64,000 nucleotides of DNA from Bifidobacterium angulatum (GTDB taxonomy: Bacteria > Actinomycetota > Actinomycetes > Actinomycetales > Bifidobacteriaceae). How positions within the stretch are numbered: position 1 is the first letter of the stretch; the number at the start of each line of letters is the position of its first letter. The notes under the pieces are model-generated. The model ran no database searches and was not told the DNA's origin. It worked only from the letters and a program-made list of their open reading frames with translations. Shown one piece after another: positions 51,120 through 63,002 of the stretch. The position numbers were made by a program, and so were the translations under genes. Where the stretch lies: contig CAJLKD010000006.1 of the NCBI GenBank assembly GCA_905207115.1, positions 29-64,028 of the forward strand, in the 5' to 3' direction.

Positions 51120-51760
51120 CAGCGTAGCTCTGCTTCGTCGAACAGTTGCACGAACGGCAGCTCATGACGTTCGTCAGTGACGGGGTTGATCACTTCGATA
51201 TGCTTTGCATCATCACCGCCAAGACCGCCCACCATGGAAGCCACGGCCACCACGTTCGCGCCCTCATGTTCCACCACGGAGAAATCAAGACTCAGCTCGT
51301 TGCCGTTGCGCAACGTGACCAACGACGAGGTCTGCACGTAGGACTTCTCGGACAGCCAAGCGTCGAGCAGCACGACGCGGCGGCCTTTGATCGACGGTCC
51401 CTTGATCGACGGGTACACAAAATCCATCACGAAACCGTCGATATCCTCGCCACGGGACGCGGCGGCCTGCACCACCGACATCACCAACGGCACTGCGGCA
51501 GCGGTCAGTGCGCCCACCGCGTCGAAATCATCGACGGAATATCCGGCATCCTCCAACGCATCCAGCAGTAGATGACCCACGACCGTGACGCCACGATGGT
51601 CGAAGGTGACGGCGGACAGTTCGGAGAACGGCTTGCCAGCCGCACGTTCGCGCAATAGCTCAAGCAGCTGGTCGCGCGGTTCGAGTGATGCGAAACTCGT
51701 GGCGGTGGCGTCGGCGTGCGACCCACTCACGCCGGTGGGGCGGAATCCTGAATCAGTCAT
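51119..51760 (-). CDS. orotate phosphoribosyltransferase-like protein
   Basis: DAVGALTAAAVP, IKGRRVVLLD; PRPP loop degenerate. Confidence 0.65.
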   Translation of the reverse strand: MTDSGFRPTGVSGSHADATATSFASLEPRDQLLELLRERAAGKPFSELSAVTFDHRGVTVVGHLLLDALEDAGYSVDDFDAVGALTAAAVPLVMSVVQAAASRGEDIDGFVMDFVYPSIKGPSIKGRRVVLLDAWLSEKSYVQTSSLVTLRNGNELSLDFSVVEHEGANVVAVASMVGGLGGDDAKHIEVINPVTDERHELPFVQLFDEAELR

Positions 51761-51794
51761 AGTGCCCAGTGTACGAACCCCTCTTCCCACTGAT

Positions 51795-53204
51795 TCAGTA
51801 GGCTTCCCGCATACTCTTTTTCGCATCGCCCTGAACACCATCCTGGGCACCGTCCTGCACGGCGGCTTCGGGCGCGACGATCTCAGTGACATTGGTCTTG
51901 TCGGAATCAAGCAAAGGCACTTCGCCGATCACGGTGCTGGGATCAAGATTCTGCAATTTGCGGGCGGTGGGTAGCACGCGGCTTTCGAGACTGGAGACGA
52001 ACGCGTTATATGCGGCAACGGTTCGCGTAAGCTGCGTGCCGAGTTTCGTGGCATGCTCACCGAGTTTGGCGAACCGCTCGTACAGTTCGCGCGACAGATC
52101 GAACAGCTTTTTCGCGTCGTCGGTCAGGCTTTGCTGCTGCCAGGCGTAGGCCACGGATTTGAGCACGGCCCACAGGGTGATCGGCGAGGTCAGTGCCACT
52201 TTTTGCGCGAACGCGTCGTCCATCAGTGTCGGATCGGTTTCCAGGGCGGCCTGCAGCAACGATTCGTTGGGAATGAATGCGATTACGAAATCCGGCGCAT
52301 CACTGAACGCATTCCAATACGCTTTGGCTCCCAAGGTTTTCACATGCTCGCGCACCGCCTTGGCGTGGGCGCGTAGCAATTCGGTCTTCCGTGCCAGTTC
52401 CTCGGCCGGTGCGGTGTCCGGGATCTCGCACGCGCGCTGATAGTCGGCGTATGGGGCCTTCGCATCAATCGGAATCGTTTTGCCGCCTGGCATATGGATG
52501 ATCATGTCTGGGCGCTGCACATGGCCATCGGCGTCGGTGACCACTACCTGCGTATCGAAATCGACATGTTCCAACAATCCGGCTGATTCCACGATGTTGC
52601 GCAGCTGCGCTTCGCCCCACGCGCCGCGGACCTTGTTGTTGCGCAGTGCGGAAGACAGCGCATTCGTTTCTCGGTCGAGACGTGTCTGTTGTTCGCCCAA
52701 CCCTTTGAGCTGCTGGCCGAGCGCGCCCATTTCGCGTTTGCGCCCCTCTTCGATCTCGGCAACCTTGTTCTGCAATGCGTCAAGATTCTTCTGTACGGGC
52801 GCGAGCGCCTCTATCACGCGGCTTTGCTCCTGCAGGCGCCGGGCTTGTTCCTGACGTTGGGTTTCGGCCTGTGCCGCGGCACGTTCGCGCTCGTGTTCGA
52901 TGCGGACCTGCTCGGCCTGTTGTGCTTGCGCGAGTTGACTTTTGACGAATACGAGCTGCTGGTTGGCTCCGTCCAGTTGGGCGCGAAGTTGGGCACGGGA
53001 GGTTTCCAACTGTGAGATTTCGAGCCGTGCCGCATCGAGCTGTTCGGCGAGGGAATCGATGTCACCGCCATTGGCGGCGTTGCTGCCATATGGCTGGCGC
53101 GCTTCCTCCTGGCTGCGTGTTCTGCCCACGCTGAATCCGGCGACGCCCCCTACTGCCACGCCGATCAACAACATCAACACCATTGGAATCCATGTCATGC
53201 TCAT
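51795..53204 (-). CDS. rmuC: DNA recombination protein RmuC
   Basis: TM + coiled coil, RGAWGEAQL, RPDMIIHMPG, IDAKAP, DFVIAFIPNE. Confidence 0.92.
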   Translation of the reverse strand: MSMTWIPMVLMLLIGVAVGGVAGFSVGRTRSQEEARQPYGSNAANGGDIDSLAEQLDAARLEISQLETSRAQLRAQLDGANQQLVFVKSQLAQAQQAEQVRIEHERERAAAQAETQRQEQARRLQEQSRVIEALAPVQKNLDALQNKVAEIEEGRKREMGALGQQLKGLGEQQTRLDRETNALSSALRNNKVRGAWGEAQLRNIVESAGLLEHVDFDTQVVVTDADGHVQRPDMIIHMPGGKTIPIDAKAPYADYQRACEIPDTAPAEELARKTELLRAHAKAVREHVKTLGAKAYWNAFSDAPDFVIAFIPNESLLQAALETDPTLMDDAFAQKVALTSPITLWAVLKSVAYAWQQQSLTDDAKKLFDLSRELYERFAKLGEHATKLGTQLTRTVAAYNAFVSSLESRVLPTARKLQNLDPSTVIGEVPLLDSDKTNVTEIVAPEAAVQDGAQDGVQGDAKKSMREAY

Positions 53205-53419
53205 GGTTTTCAGTATGGCAAGCCCACGCTACAGACCGCCATTCGCGTTACGCGTGGCGGAGGATATGCGACAACCCGAGACCTCTCCCTTGAAATTCCA
53301 AAGATGATGTCTCGGGTTGTCGTAATCGATGCCGCGCGTAAGCGGAACGCACGCTTATCGAGGCGCTATGCCGACCGTTATAGCTCCTGGACGCGCGTAA
53401 GCGGAAACCGCATCGTGGT

Positions 53420-56182
53420 TCAGGCGGCGTATTTCGCCGGGTCCTTGTCGAAGGTTTCGGCGCATCCGGGGTTGCAGAAGAAGTAGGTCTTTCCTTCGTA
53501 TTCGCGGGTGGCCGGGGCGCCTGCCGGGTTCACCGTCATGCCGCACACCGGGTCCTTCGCGCCTTCGGAAGCTTCCGCGTGCCCGCCACAGCAGGCCTTT
53601 TTCGCTTTGTGATCGCTGAACAGTCCCATGATGGTTCCTTTCTGTGTGTTGTTCTTTACTTGGTAGTCATGATGTTCTGCCGGGTCGAACAGGCGGAGCC
53701 TGCTGGCGTTCGTCACCACGCACAGCGATGAGAACGCCATGGCCGCGCCGGCGATCATCGGGTTGAGCATCATGCCGGTGAACGGGTAGAGTGCTCCTGC
53801 CGCAATCAGAATGCCCACGGTGTTGTAGCCGAACGCAAACCCCAGGTTCTGGTTGATATTGCGCAATGCGGCGTGGGCAAGATCGATTTCGTGCACCAAG
53901 CCTTGAAGCGAGCCGCTCATCACCGTGACGTCGGCTGATTGGATGGCCACGTCGGTTCCAGTGCCGATGGCGAAGCCCACATCCGCCCGTACCAAGGCCG
54001 GGGCGTCGTTGATGCCGTCGCCCACCATGGCCACCGTGTAGCCTTGCGCCTGGAGTTTGGCGATTTCGTCGGCCTTGTTTTCCGGGCGTACACCGGCTAT
54101 CACATGGTCCACGCCCACCTGCCGGGCGACGGCGTGCGCGGTGGTCTCGTTGTCGCCGGTCAGCATGGTGACGGCGATGCCGTGGGATTGCAGTGCGGCG
54201 ATGGCCTGCGCCGAATCCGGTTTGACGGTATCGGCCACGGCGACGATGCCCGCAAGTTCACCGTCGACGGCAATGAGCATCGGCGTTTTGCCTTGTGCCG
54301 CCAGACCATCCATATCGGCGATGATGGCGTCTAAATCCTCGTTTCCGGTGCTTGGCATGCCAACGTCCAGGCGGTCGATGAGCTCGGTGTTGCCCACGGC
54401 CACGGCATGACCGTCGACCGTGCAGGTGATGCCGAGCCCGGCGTGTACTTGGAAAGCCTCGCGCCGCGACTTGCCGGTGAGCAGGCCACGCTGTTTCGCG
54501 TCGGCGATGATCGCGGCGGCGAGCGGGTGTTCCGAGTCATGTTCGGCCGTGGCTGCGAGCGCCAGCAGATCGTCCGGTTTCTGACGCCAGATTCCCAATG
54601 GCAGCACGTCGGTGAGCGAGGGTCTGCCTGCGGTGATGGTGCCGGTTTTGTCGAGCACGACGGCGTTCACGTGCCCGGATTGTTCCAGTGATTCGGCGGA
54701 GCGGATCAGCACGCCCATGTGCGCCGCGCGGCCTGTGGAGACCATTACCGATAGTGGTGTGGCCAGGCCGAGCGCGCATGGGCAGGCGATGAGCAGTACG
54801 GATACTGCTGCGACCAGCGCGTGTGTGATGCGCGGTTCCGGTCCGAATGCGAACCATAATGCGCATGACCAGACGGCGATGAGCACTACTGCGGGCACGA
54901 ATATCGAGCTGATGCGGTCGGCCAGGCGCTGCACTGGCGCCTTCGAGCTTTGTGTGGTTTTCACCAGCGAAACGATCTGCGCGAGCACGGTGTCCTTGCC
55001 GACTTTGGTGGCACGGTATCGCAGTGCGCCGGCACCGTTGATGGTGGCGCCGGTCACTTCGTCGCCCACCGTTTTGGCCACCGGCATAGGTTCGCCGGTG
55101 ATCATTGATTCGTCGACCGACGAGTCGCCTTCCACGACTATGCCGTCTACGGGTAGCCGCTCCCCCGGCCGTGCCGCGATGATATCGCCTACGACAACGC
55201 TGTCGATGGGAATGTTCCGTTCCTCGCCGTCGCGCACCACGCATGCGGTGTTCGGTTGCAGGCCCATGAGCGAACGAATGGCCTCGCCGGTGCCTTTGCG
55301 TGCCTTCGCTTCGAGCAGCTGGCCCACCAGCATCAGTGTGATCACCACGCCTACGGCTTCGTAATAGGGTTCGCGCGAGTTTTCCGGCAGTATGCCGGGC
55401 GCGAAGGTGACAATCAGCGAATAGAGGAATGCGGCGGCTGTGCCCATGGTGACCAGCGCGTTCATTTCGGGCGAGCGATGCGCGATGGCCGCCCACCCGC
55501 TGCGGAAGATCGGCAGGCCGGCGTAGCCGATCACGGGCAGCATGAGCAGCAGTTGCACCCAGGCTGGCATGGAGTACAGCATGAGCATGGATGAGCAGAA
55601 TACCGGAATGGTGCATACGGCGGCGACCACGAGTCTGCGGATCAGCGTGGTGATTTCGTGCGCGTTGTTGATGTCTTGGATGGCTGTTTCGTCCGCTTCG
55701 GGGATGCTGCCGCCCGGCTCACTAGACGGCGCAGGATCGCTGGATGCCTGAGCGGAGACTACTGGCGTTGCGGGTGCTGCGGGGACTGTCGTCTTGGAAT
55801 CCGCATGATGCTTGCCGGGAAGCACCTTCAATGTGCCGTGCAGCATGTTCATACCGCAGGCGAAGCCGTACTCCCCCGGCTGCAGGGGGTCGAGCGTCAA
55901 TGTGGTGGTGCGGAAGGCCGGTAGCAGGCGGTCGATGCCGAAATCGGAGAACACCACGTGGGACGAGCATTCGCCGTCCTCTTTGCGGTCGAATACCAGT
56001 CGAAGCGGTATGCCGGCTTCGGCTTCGATGATCGACGGACTGTACCCGCCTTTCACTTCGATCACCGCTTCCTGCATATCGCCGTCGATGCGCGCACGAT
56101 ACGCTTTGCGCGGCGCGAAGAAGAACCAGATGATGCCCGCGGTGACCGCTATGGCTGCAATAAGCGCAATCGCCATATGCAT
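53420..56182 (-). CDS. copper-translocating P1B ATPase with N-terminal cupredoxin and C-terminal YHS domain
   Basis: FACGMNM cupredoxin, [37 protein letters not shown]...YFFCNPGC. Confidence 0.93.
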   Translation of the reverse strand: MHMAIALIAAIAVTAGIIWFFFAPRKAYRARIDGDMQEAVIEVKGGYSPSIIEAEAGIPLRLVFDRKEDGECSSHVVFSDFGIDRLLPAFRTTTLTLDPLQPGEYGFACGMNMLHGTLKVLPGKHHADSKTTVPAAPATPVVSAQASSDPAPSSEPGGSIPEADETAIQDINNAHEITTLIRRLVVAAVCTIPVFCSSMLMLYSMPAWVQLLLMLPVIGYAGLPIFRSGWAAIAHRSPEMNALVTMGTAAAFLYSLIVTFAPGILPENSREPYYEAVGVVITLMLVGQLLEAKARKGTGEAIRSLMGLQPNTACVVRDGEERNIPIDSVVVGDIIAARPGERLPVDGIVVEGDSSVDESMITGEPMPVAKTVGDEVTGATINGAGALRYRATKVGKDTVLAQIVSLVKTTQSSKAPVQRLADRISSIFVPAVVLIAVWSCALWFAFGPEPRITHALVAAVSVLLIACPCALGLATPLSVMVSTGRAAHMGVLIRSAESLEQSGHVNAVVLDKTGTITAGRPSLTDVLPLGIWRQKPDDLLALAATAEHDSEHPLAAAIIADAKQRGLLTGKSRREAFQVHAGLGITCTVDGHAVAVGNTELIDRLDVGMPSTGNEDLDAIIADMDGLAAQGKTPMLIAVDGELAGIVAVADTVKPDSAQAIAALQSHGIAVTMLTGDNETTAHAVARQVGVDHVIAGVRPENKADEIAKLQAQGYTVAMVGDGINDAPALVRADVGFAIGTGTDVAIQSADVTVMSGSLQGLVHEIDLAHAALRNINQNLGFAFGYNTVGILIAAGALYPFTGMMLNPMIAGAAMAFSSLCVVTNASRLRLFDPAEHHDYQVKNNTQKGTIMGLFSDHKAKKACCGGHAEASEGAKDPVCGMTVNPAGAPATREYEGKTYFFCNPGCAETFDKDPAKYAA

Positions 56183-56366
56183 ATGGGTTCCCTCTCCTTG
56201 ATTCCTTGATGTTCCTGCAAAACAATCACACCATATCCCAGCGCCGAACGCGCGATAATCCCATATTGCGCTCAGCGCAACCAACCTATGGTGAGACCGG
56301 TATGAAGCATGAAAAAGCCCGCTGCGCAATACCGCAGCGGGCCGAACGATCACGCGTGAACGCGAA

Positions 56367-57098
56367 TCAGGCAAACAGCACGTTAAACAGGAACGCGCCG
56401 AGAATCGCGCCGAAGATCGGAGCGACGACCGGAATCCAGGCTTCGCCCCAGCGGGAGCCGCCCTTGTTCGGAATCGGCAGGATGGCGTGCAGCAGTCGCG
56501 GCATGAGATCGCGAGCCGGGTTCAGGCCAGGGCCGGTCGGGCCGCCCATGGAGGTCACCAGACCCCATACGATGAAGCCGACCACGATGGACGCGGCGGC
56601 GAGATCGGCCTTGCCCCACGGCAGAGACAGGCAGCACAGCGCACCGAGCACCAGCATGAAGGTGCCGAAGAACTCGTTGAGGAAGTAGTTCAGGCGATCG
56701 TTATGCGCGTCGGTGGTGCAGAAGGTGCCGAGGATGGCTTCGGCGTCCTCAGTGTCCTTGTAGTGCGGGTAGTAGGTGATGTATACGATCAGCTGGCCGA
56801 CGAGCGCGCCGAGCAGCTGGGCGATGATGTACGGCAGTACTTCGTTCCACGGGAACATGCCGTTGACGGCTTGGGCGATGGTCATGGCCGGGTTGATGTG
56901 GGCGCCGGAGATGCCACCGAACATCAGCACCGGGAACATCACGCCGAAACCGTAGCCCATGGCGATATTCAGCCAGCCGGCGTGGTAGCCCTTGGTGTTC
57001 TTCAGTTCCGCGTTGGCGACCGAACCGTTGCCGAAGACCATCAGCACGGCGGTGCCGACGAATTCCGCGGCAAGCTTGGTGAAGAGTGTGTATTCCAC
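56367..57098 (-). CDS. glpF: MIP-family aquaglyceroporin
   Basis: Two NPA motifs ([15 protein letters not shown]). Confidence 0.9.
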   Translation of the reverse strand: MEYTLFTKLAAEFVGTAVLMVFGNGSVANAELKNTKGYHAGWLNIAMGYGFGVMFPVLMFGGISGAHINPAMTIAQAVNGMFPWNEVLPYIIAQLLGALVGQLIVYITYYPHYKDTEDAEAILGTFCTTDAHNDRLNYFLNEFFGTFMLVLGALCCLSLPWGKADLAAASIVVGFIVWGLVTSMGGPTGPGLNPARDLMPRLLHAILPIPNKGGSRWGEAWIPVVAPIFGAILGAFLFNVLFA

Positions 57099-57251
57099 TG
57101 CAGTTTCCTCTATTGCTTCTTCTCTAACGATTCTTACGATTCGTGCGATTCGAGATGAATTGCGATTCCGCTCTGGGCGGACAACAGCGCACTACTTTAC
57201 TCCGTACGGAGGAAGTAACGCGGCTTTGGGTGGACACATGTCCGAAATACG

Positions 57252-57281
57252 AAAAAGACCCAAGCCATTGGCTTGGGTCTT
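57252..57281 (-). terminator. tRNA-Lys terminator
   Basis: AAGACCCAAGCC / GGCTTGGGTCTT with T-run on the minus strand. Confidence 0.85.
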
Positions 57282-57286
57282 GTCTG

Positions 57287-57360
57287 TGCCCCCTCAGGGA
57301 TTCGAACCCTGGACACGCTGATTAAGAGTCAGCTGCTCTAACCAACTGAGCTAAAGGGGC
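57287..57360 (-). tRNA. tRNA-Lys (CTT)
   Basis: GCCCCTTTAGCTCAGTTGGTTAGAGCAGCTGACTCTTAATCAGCGTGTCCAGGGTTCGAATCCCTGAGGGGGCA; CCA not encoded. Confidence 0.96.
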
Positions 57361-57665
57361 GTTGGTCATTTCTTGAACCGAGAGATAAGTTTACTCATAA
57401 ACGACTATCACGCAAACGACGGCGTGTCGCGCTGTAAAACGTTGGAATTCCAACGTTTTACAATTTCTCTAAAAACCTGTGGATCACCATGGACTATGAC
57501 GCGAATCCGACGAATCCGCCCACAGCACGATTCCCAACCACCTACATACGACAATCCCCCGCACCAATCGATACGGGGGATACGAGGATTGCGGCGCACA
57601 CTCCGCGCAACACATACTTCGCAACATACTTTGTATGGCGCACGCCGGTCGCGCTCTGGCCGGGC

Positions 57666-58919
57666 CTACTTCATCTGCACCGCCATGCAGTCGTTCGGTC
57701 CGAACGCGTTGGCCGAGCACCACGACCGCGCGTCACTCACCGAGTCGAAGCGCTCGCCGGAGAGCAGCACATAGTAGTCGGCCTCGTGGCCGTACCGTGT
57801 GTAGTAGTCGTAGTCCGCGGCCCACGCCAGCACCGCGTTCGGCCACTTGGCGTGAAGTTCAAGATACTGCTTGTAGATGTCGCGGTAATGCTGCGTTTTG
57901 CCGTCGACTTCCATGCCGTATTTCCTGCTGAACAGCTGCGTGGTCGGCACGTCGCGCAGCGAGGAGATCGCCGATTTGTCGTTCGACACCTGCCAGCTCA
58001 ACGCCAGCTGCGCATATCGTTCCATGTCGGAGTCCGCGATATTCGCGCCACCCCTGGCACCGTCCACGTCCGTAGCCGGCTTGCCGTTCGGCGAGGCACC
58101 CTTCTGCACCACCATGCTGGTCGAACCGGTTTCGATCCGGCTCACGGCACGCCAATACTGATTCGTTGTGAATGCCATTTTCAGCGTGGTTTCGCCGTTC
58201 TTGAACTGTATCGGTTTGGATGCGAAATCGTATACTGCGGACGCGATCACCTCATTGTCGGAATCCTTGATGGAGATTTTGACGTCCTTGCCCTTCCATG
58301 CATTGCTGTCGCACGCGTCTGCGGAGAAATCAACAGTCGCGATCAGCGTGCTTCCACTGGACGAGACGCCGCTCAGACTTGCGTCGGGCGTCGTGGTGCA
58401 GGTCTTGCTTTGCTCACTTGTTTTGGATTTGGCGGTTTTGCCTTGCGACGACATGGTTTCGTTGCGTGCGGGCGTCTCGTCGTTCGTGTGGGCGAGGAAG
58501 TTCCATGCGACAAGACCCGCGACGATTGCGATCACTGCCACTATCGCGATGATGAGTGTCTTCTTGCGACCGGAGGAGGGGGATTGCGCGGCGGGTGCAT
58601 ACTGGTCCGATGGAGCCGACGGGACGGCTTGGGCAGGCGGAACCGTTGCGGCAGGAGGAACCGCCTGAACGGATTGAGCGGCCAGGGCTGCTGGTGCCGA
58701 CGAGTCGGGTTGCGCGGCTTGGGAAGCCTGCGGTTCCGCGCCTACAGGCGAACCGCAGGCGCTGCAGAATCGCATGCCGGGCTCAATCGGGGAACCACAG
58801 GACGAACAGAATCTGGGCCTCGCTGCGCCCGCATTTCCCGGCATTTGCTCGGCACCGCACCGGGAGCAGAACCGCTCGTCATCATCATCCCATTCGAAAC
58901 CGCATCGATCGCATCGCAT
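57666..58919 (-). CDS. double zinc-ribbon membrane-anchored protein
   Basis: Four CxxC motifs, Pro/Ala linker, one TM helix, extracellular domain. Confidence 0.8.
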   Translation of the reverse strand: MRCDRCGFEWDDDDERFCSRCGAEQMPGNAGAARPRFCSSCGSPIEPGMRFCSACGSPVGAEPQASQAAQPDSSAPAALAAQSVQAVPPAATVPPAQAVPSAPSDQYAPAAQSPSSGRKKTLIIAIVAVIAIVAGLVAWNFLAHTNDETPARNETMSSQGKTAKSKTSEQSKTCTTTPDASLSGVSSSGSTLIATVDFSADACDSNAWKGKDVKISIKDSDNEVIASAVYDFASKPIQFKNGETTLKMAFTTNQYWRAVSRIETGSTSMVVQKGASPNGKPATDVDGARGGANIADSDMERYAQLALSWQVSNDKSAISSLRDVPTTQLFSRKYGMEVDGKTQHYRDIYKQYLELHAKWPNAVLAWAADYDYYTRYGHEADYYVLLSGERFDSVSDARSWCSANAFGPNDCMAVQMK

Positions 58920-59072
58920 CGGCGTTCCCCTCTCTCACGAAAACATCCCATCAGGAATTCTACACAACCGGCCTTTCCCCAAACAAAACTCGTATCTGCG
59001 TAGTACCCCCTTAAAATAGATGGAACATACGGCGACGCACTGTTCTACGTAAGAAAAAGAGGTATTTGTCCA

Positions 59073-62021
59073 ATGTCATGTCCGAATTGTGGCAAGCCGA
59101 CCGACAAGGAATCGCGTTTCTGCGGTTTCTGCGGCTCTCCGCTCACACCACCGCAAGCCGCCGAGGCCGCCGAACCGGCTGTCTCCGATGCGGCTCCAGC
59201 CGACACAGCACAGGAAGCGCCTACGGAGGCCATCGCTTCCGCTCCTGTAACAGCAAGCACTCCGGCAACGCCCACGGCCCCAACAACGCCCACGGCCCCG
59301 GCAGCATCTGCGCCCGTGCCGGACGCACCTTCCGCATCCGCTGCGCCTGTTGCGCCGCAAAACCAGCCGACACAGCAGTTCCAGACCGCGCCCGCCGCCC
59401 CGCAGGAACAGCCGACACAGCAATTCCCAACAGCCGCACCGGCTGCTCCCGCGCCCCAACAGACGGCAACCAATCCCACCGTCGCCGCTCTGACCAAGAC
59501 GGAATCCATCGCCACCATGGGTGCCGGTCTCGGCATCGGTCTGGCCGCCGCCCTGGTGCTCGCACTGCTCGGCTCCATCGCGTTCTTCTTCGCAGGCGAC
59601 AATCTTGAAGGCACGCTTTCCGACATTCCCGGCATGTCCAGTGTCTCAAACATGCTGACGGATTCCGGCGGGGACTACAACACGCCGAATATCCTACAGA
59701 TCGTCATCACGGTGCTCGTGATGGGCATCTCCGGTTCGTTGAACATGACGACCGGCGCCTCGGGATTCTCAGACTATAGCGACAACGGCACCCACCTGTG
59801 TCTCCCGGTCGGCCTGCCCGGCATCGCGCTGATGCTCGGCGCGGCGTTCGGCATCTACATGCTGGCCCGCAAGCATGCGGTGCATTTCAAATGGACCGGC
59901 GTAATCGGTTCCGGCATCGTCGGCCTGCTGTCCGGCCTGGTGATCGTGGTCCTCGCGGCCGCGCTCCCCTTGTCAGCGGGCGGATCCTACGGACCGTTCT
60001 CCGCATCCGTTTCGCTGTCCGGCGCATCCTTCCGCACGTTCTTCATGGCGTTCGTGCTGGCCGGTCTCGGCGCCTTGGCCGGCTACGCGCTGGCACAGTA
60101 CGCCCCCGATTCCGGTAACGTGTTCACCGCAGGGTGGCGCTGGGCGCATCGCGTGCGCGGTTTCGTGCGCACGTTCGTCGAAGCCGTGGCCATGTACGGC
60201 GCACTGTTCCTCGTGCTTGGGTTGATTGCGCTGATCGCCGTGGCGGCCTCCGCAGGCAACGTCCTCGCCGGCGTATTGCTGATTCCGCTGCTATTGCCCG
60301 CTCTCCCGTTCATCCTGCACTCCATGGCGTCACTCGGCGGCATTTCCGCGGCGTTCTCCGGCAGCGGTTCCGGCATCACGTTCACCTTGTTCAAGCTCAC
60401 CGGCCATTTCCAGTATGCGTGGGCGTTGTGGCTCTGCTTCGTGCTGTTCGTAGTCGCCACGCTGTACATCGCGCTGCGCGCATCGGCACGCAACATGTAT
60501 GACCAGTATTACGCCAAATGGGAAAACACGTGGAAGGCTCCCGTAGCGATGATGGCGTTCTGGCTCGTCGTGGAATTCGCGTTCACGAGCTTCGCCGCCT
60601 ACTACGACTCCTACAAGGTTTCCTTGACTGTTCCCCTGTGGTACTGCTTTGTCGCCGGAATCTGGATGTTCGCCATCGAGGCGCTCGCGTTGTCGTTCGG
60701 ACCGACGGTGATCACATCACTTCCGGGTCTGTGGAGGATGTTCGTCGGCGGCACCGTGCAGCAGACGCCGCAGAACGTGGTCGATTACGTCAAAGCCTGC
60801 GCTCCGCAGTTCGGCATGCCTAAGGCGGTCAGGACCGCCACTGCCGTGCCTACAGTGCAGATGCAGCAGACAATGGCCCAGCCCGCGTCCGCGCAGCCCG
60901 CACCCACGCAAACCGTCGCGCCCACTGCCCCTGTAGCCCCTACAGCGTCGGCTCCGCAGCCAATCGCCGCCCCGGCATCACCTGCACCCGCTCCCGTCGC
61001 GCCCGCCGCGCCGGCAGTCGAACAGAAACCGCTCAGCCCGAAAGCCAAGAAGACGATCATGATCGGCGGCATCGTCGCCATCGCGATCATCGCGCTTGGC
61101 ATCATCTACGGCGTGCTGAGCTCGACCGTCTTCAGCGCTAAATCCGTGGCGGAAAGCTACGTGTCCGCGCTTGCCGGCGGCGACTACGACAAGGCCAGCA
61201 GCATTGCCGACCCGCAGATCGGCAAGGATCAGCGCAAACTGCTGTCCAACAGCGTCGCCAAGGTTGACAGCGCGACCATCTCGAATCCGCATGTCGACAG
61301 CGTGAAAACCAGCAACGGCACGACCACCGTTGCGGTGAGCTATACGCTGGACGGCACAACGATCAACGAGACTCTTTCCCTGAACAAGTCGGGTACTAGG
61401 TTCCTGATCTTCCCGAACTGGCAGATCACGACGCCATTGGTCAAATCGGTCAATGTCACCGTTCCCGATTGTGCGGAAGCACTGACCGTCAATAAGGTAG
61501 CAGTGACGGCCAAGAACGCGGAAAAGAACGGCAACGTGTGGAGACTGCGCCTGTACCCCGGCATGTACAGCATCGCCGCGAAGAGCACGGATTACATTTC
61601 CGGCGAATCCACCACGTTCCGCACCGGCAAGCAGAACGAGTCGACGATCGAGGTTACGGTGAAGGCCACTTCCAAGCTCGAAAGCGACCTAGAGGGCGCG
61701 TTAAACGCCAAACTCGACAAATGCGCGGAATCCACCAAAGCCAGCCCGGCTTCCTGCCCGTTCGGCTATAACATATACGATGACGATGAGTATCGTAATT
61801 TCGCGTGGTCGATCAGCAAGTATCCGGAAATCAATGACATCGATCTCGAAAACGGGTCCTTCACCACGAAGAGCGGCAAGGCGAAGCTCACATACGAATG
61901 GCAGATCGGTGATGAGTGGAAGCCTTCGGACACGTCCGATACGTTCCACGCGAACGGGTCGTTCGCCATCAAGGACGGCAAGGTCACCATCACGTTCGAC
62001 GATGACGGTTACTACTACTGA
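59073..62021 (+). CDS. zinc-ribbon multi-pass membrane protein
   Basis: CPNCG...FCGFCG, Pro/Ala linkers, many TM helices, C-terminal extracellular domain. Confidence 0.82.
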   Translation: MSCPNCGKPTDKESRFCGFCGSPLTPPQAAEAAEPAVSDAAPADTAQEAPTEAIASAPVTASTPATPTAPTTPTAPAASAPVPDAPSASAAPVAPQNQPTQQFQTAPAAPQEQPTQQFPTAAPAAPAPQQTATNPTVAALTKTESIATMGAGLGIGLAAALVLALLGSIAFFFAGDNLEGTLSDIPGMSSVSNMLTDSGGDYNTPNILQIVITVLVMGISGSLNMTTGASGFSDYSDNGTHLCLPVGLPGIALMLGAAFGIYMLARKHAVHFKWTGVIGSGIVGLLSGLVIVVLAAALPLSAGGSYGPFSASVSLSGASFRTFFMAFVLAGLGALAGYALAQYAPDSGNVFTAGWRWAHRVRGFVRTFVEAVAMYGALFLVLGLIALIAVAASAGNVLAGVLLIPLLLPALPFILHSMASLGGISAAFSGSGSGITFTLFKLTGHFQYAWALWLCFVLFVVATLYIALRASARNMYDQYYAKWENTWKAPVAMMAFWLVVEFAFTSFAAYYDSYKVSLTVPLWYCFVAGIWMFAIEALALSFGPTVITSLPGLWRMFVGGTVQQTPQNVVDYVKACAPQFGMPKAVRTATAVPTVQMQQTMAQPASAQPAPTQTVAPTAPVAPTASAPQPIAAPASPAPAPVAPAAPAVEQKPLSPKAKKTIMIGGIVAIAIIALGIIYGVLSSTVFSAKSVAESYVSALAGGDYDKASSIADPQIGKDQRKLLSNSVAKVDSATISNPHVDSVKTSNGTTTVAVSYTLDGTTINETLSLNKSGTRFLIFPNWQITTPLVKSVNVTVPDCAEALTVNKVAVTAKNAEKNGNVWRLRLYPGMYSIAAKSTDYISGESTTFRTGKQNESTIEVTVKATSKLESDLEGALNAKLDKCAESTKASPASCPFGYNIYDDDEYRNFAWSISKYPEINDIDLENGSFTTKSGKAKLTYEWQIGDEWKPSDTSDTFHANGSFAIKDGKVTITFDDDGYYY

Positions 62022-62127
62022 GATCCGCGCTGATCAACAGTAATCAACATCGCCGCGCTGCGCCCGATGACGCCGCGCGGCGATGCCATATTCGGCGAAC
62101 AATCGCCGAGCATGCCCACCTACGGAA

Positions 62128-62159
62128 AATCCCCCTGCGCCAATCGGTGCAGGGGGATT
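62128..62159. terminator. terminator between convergent genes
   Basis: AATCCCCCTGCGCC / GGTGCAGGGGGATT. Confidence 0.75.
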
Positions 62160-62243
62160 CCTTGTGCTTAAGCTCAGACGTACTTCAGTCTGGAATCATC
62201 CGCCGCGCAAGCCCCGAGGGCCAGCAGCGGCGAATGGGGGAAA

Positions 62244-62690
62244 TCACTCAGCGACGACCTTCACGAAGAAGGAAGCGGTGATCTCCGGGTGGAGGGCGAC
62301 CTTTGCCGGGAATTCGCCGGTGGTCTTGATGGACTCGACCTCGATGGCCTTCGGGTCGACAACGGCCTTGTCCTCAAGGGCGATAGCGATCTGCTCGGCG
62401 GAGATGCTGCCGAACAGCTTGCCGGACTCGGACACCTTGGCGGCGATCTCGACGGCAGTGCCTTCGATGGCGGCCTTGGCGGCGACGGCATCCTCACGGG
62501 TGGCGACAGCCTGAGCCAGACGAGCGCGCTTCATAGCGAGAATCTGCTTCTCAGCGCCCTTGTTCCAGGCAAAGGCGAGGCCCTGCGGGATGAGGTAGTT
62601 GCGAGCGAAGCCGGACTTCACTTCGACAACATCACCGGAGTGACCGAGGTTGGCAACGGTCTTGGTAAGAATAACCTTGGTTTCAGCCAT
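62244..62690 (-). CDS. rplI: 50S ribosomal protein L9
   Basis: [28 protein letters not shown]. Confidence 0.97.
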   Translation of the reverse strand: MAETKVILTKTVANLGHSGDVVEVKSGFARNYLIPQGLAFAWNKGAEKQILAMKRARLAQAVATREDAVAAKAAIEGTAVEIAAKVSESGKLFGSISAEQIAIALEDKAVVDPKAIEVESIKTTGEFPAKVALHPEITASFFVKVVAE

Positions 62691-62709
62691 GATTCATAGC
62701 CTCCCTAAC

Positions 62710-62958
62710 TCAGCGACCAGAGGTGGCGTACGGCAGCAGAGCCATTTCGCGGGCGTTCTTGATAGCCTTCGAAATCTCACGCTGTTCCTGCACGGTGACA
62801 CCGGTGATACGACGGGAACGGATCTTGCCGCGATCGGAAATGAACTTACGCAGCAGCGCAACGTCCTTGTAATCGATCTCGGTGACCTTGGCGGCCTTCA
62901 GCGGGTTCGGCTTCTTCTTGAACGGCTTGACCGGCGGTTGCGGCCTCTTACGTGACAT
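62710..62958 (-). CDS. rpsR: 30S ribosomal protein S18
   Basis: [26 protein letters not shown]. Confidence 0.97.
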   Translation of the reverse strand: MSRKRPQPPVKPFKKKPNPLKAAKVTEIDYKDVALLRKFISDRGKIRSRRITGVTVQEQREISKAIKNAREMALLPYATSGR

Positions 62959-63002
62959 GATGTTCTCCTTATGAACGATTGAAAATGCAGTGTGCTGGAT
63001 GA

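Noticed and set aside
57287..57360. tRNA-Lys as the integration site of an island
   Set aside because: No duplicated 3' end or integrase was found nearby, and its terminator follows directly.
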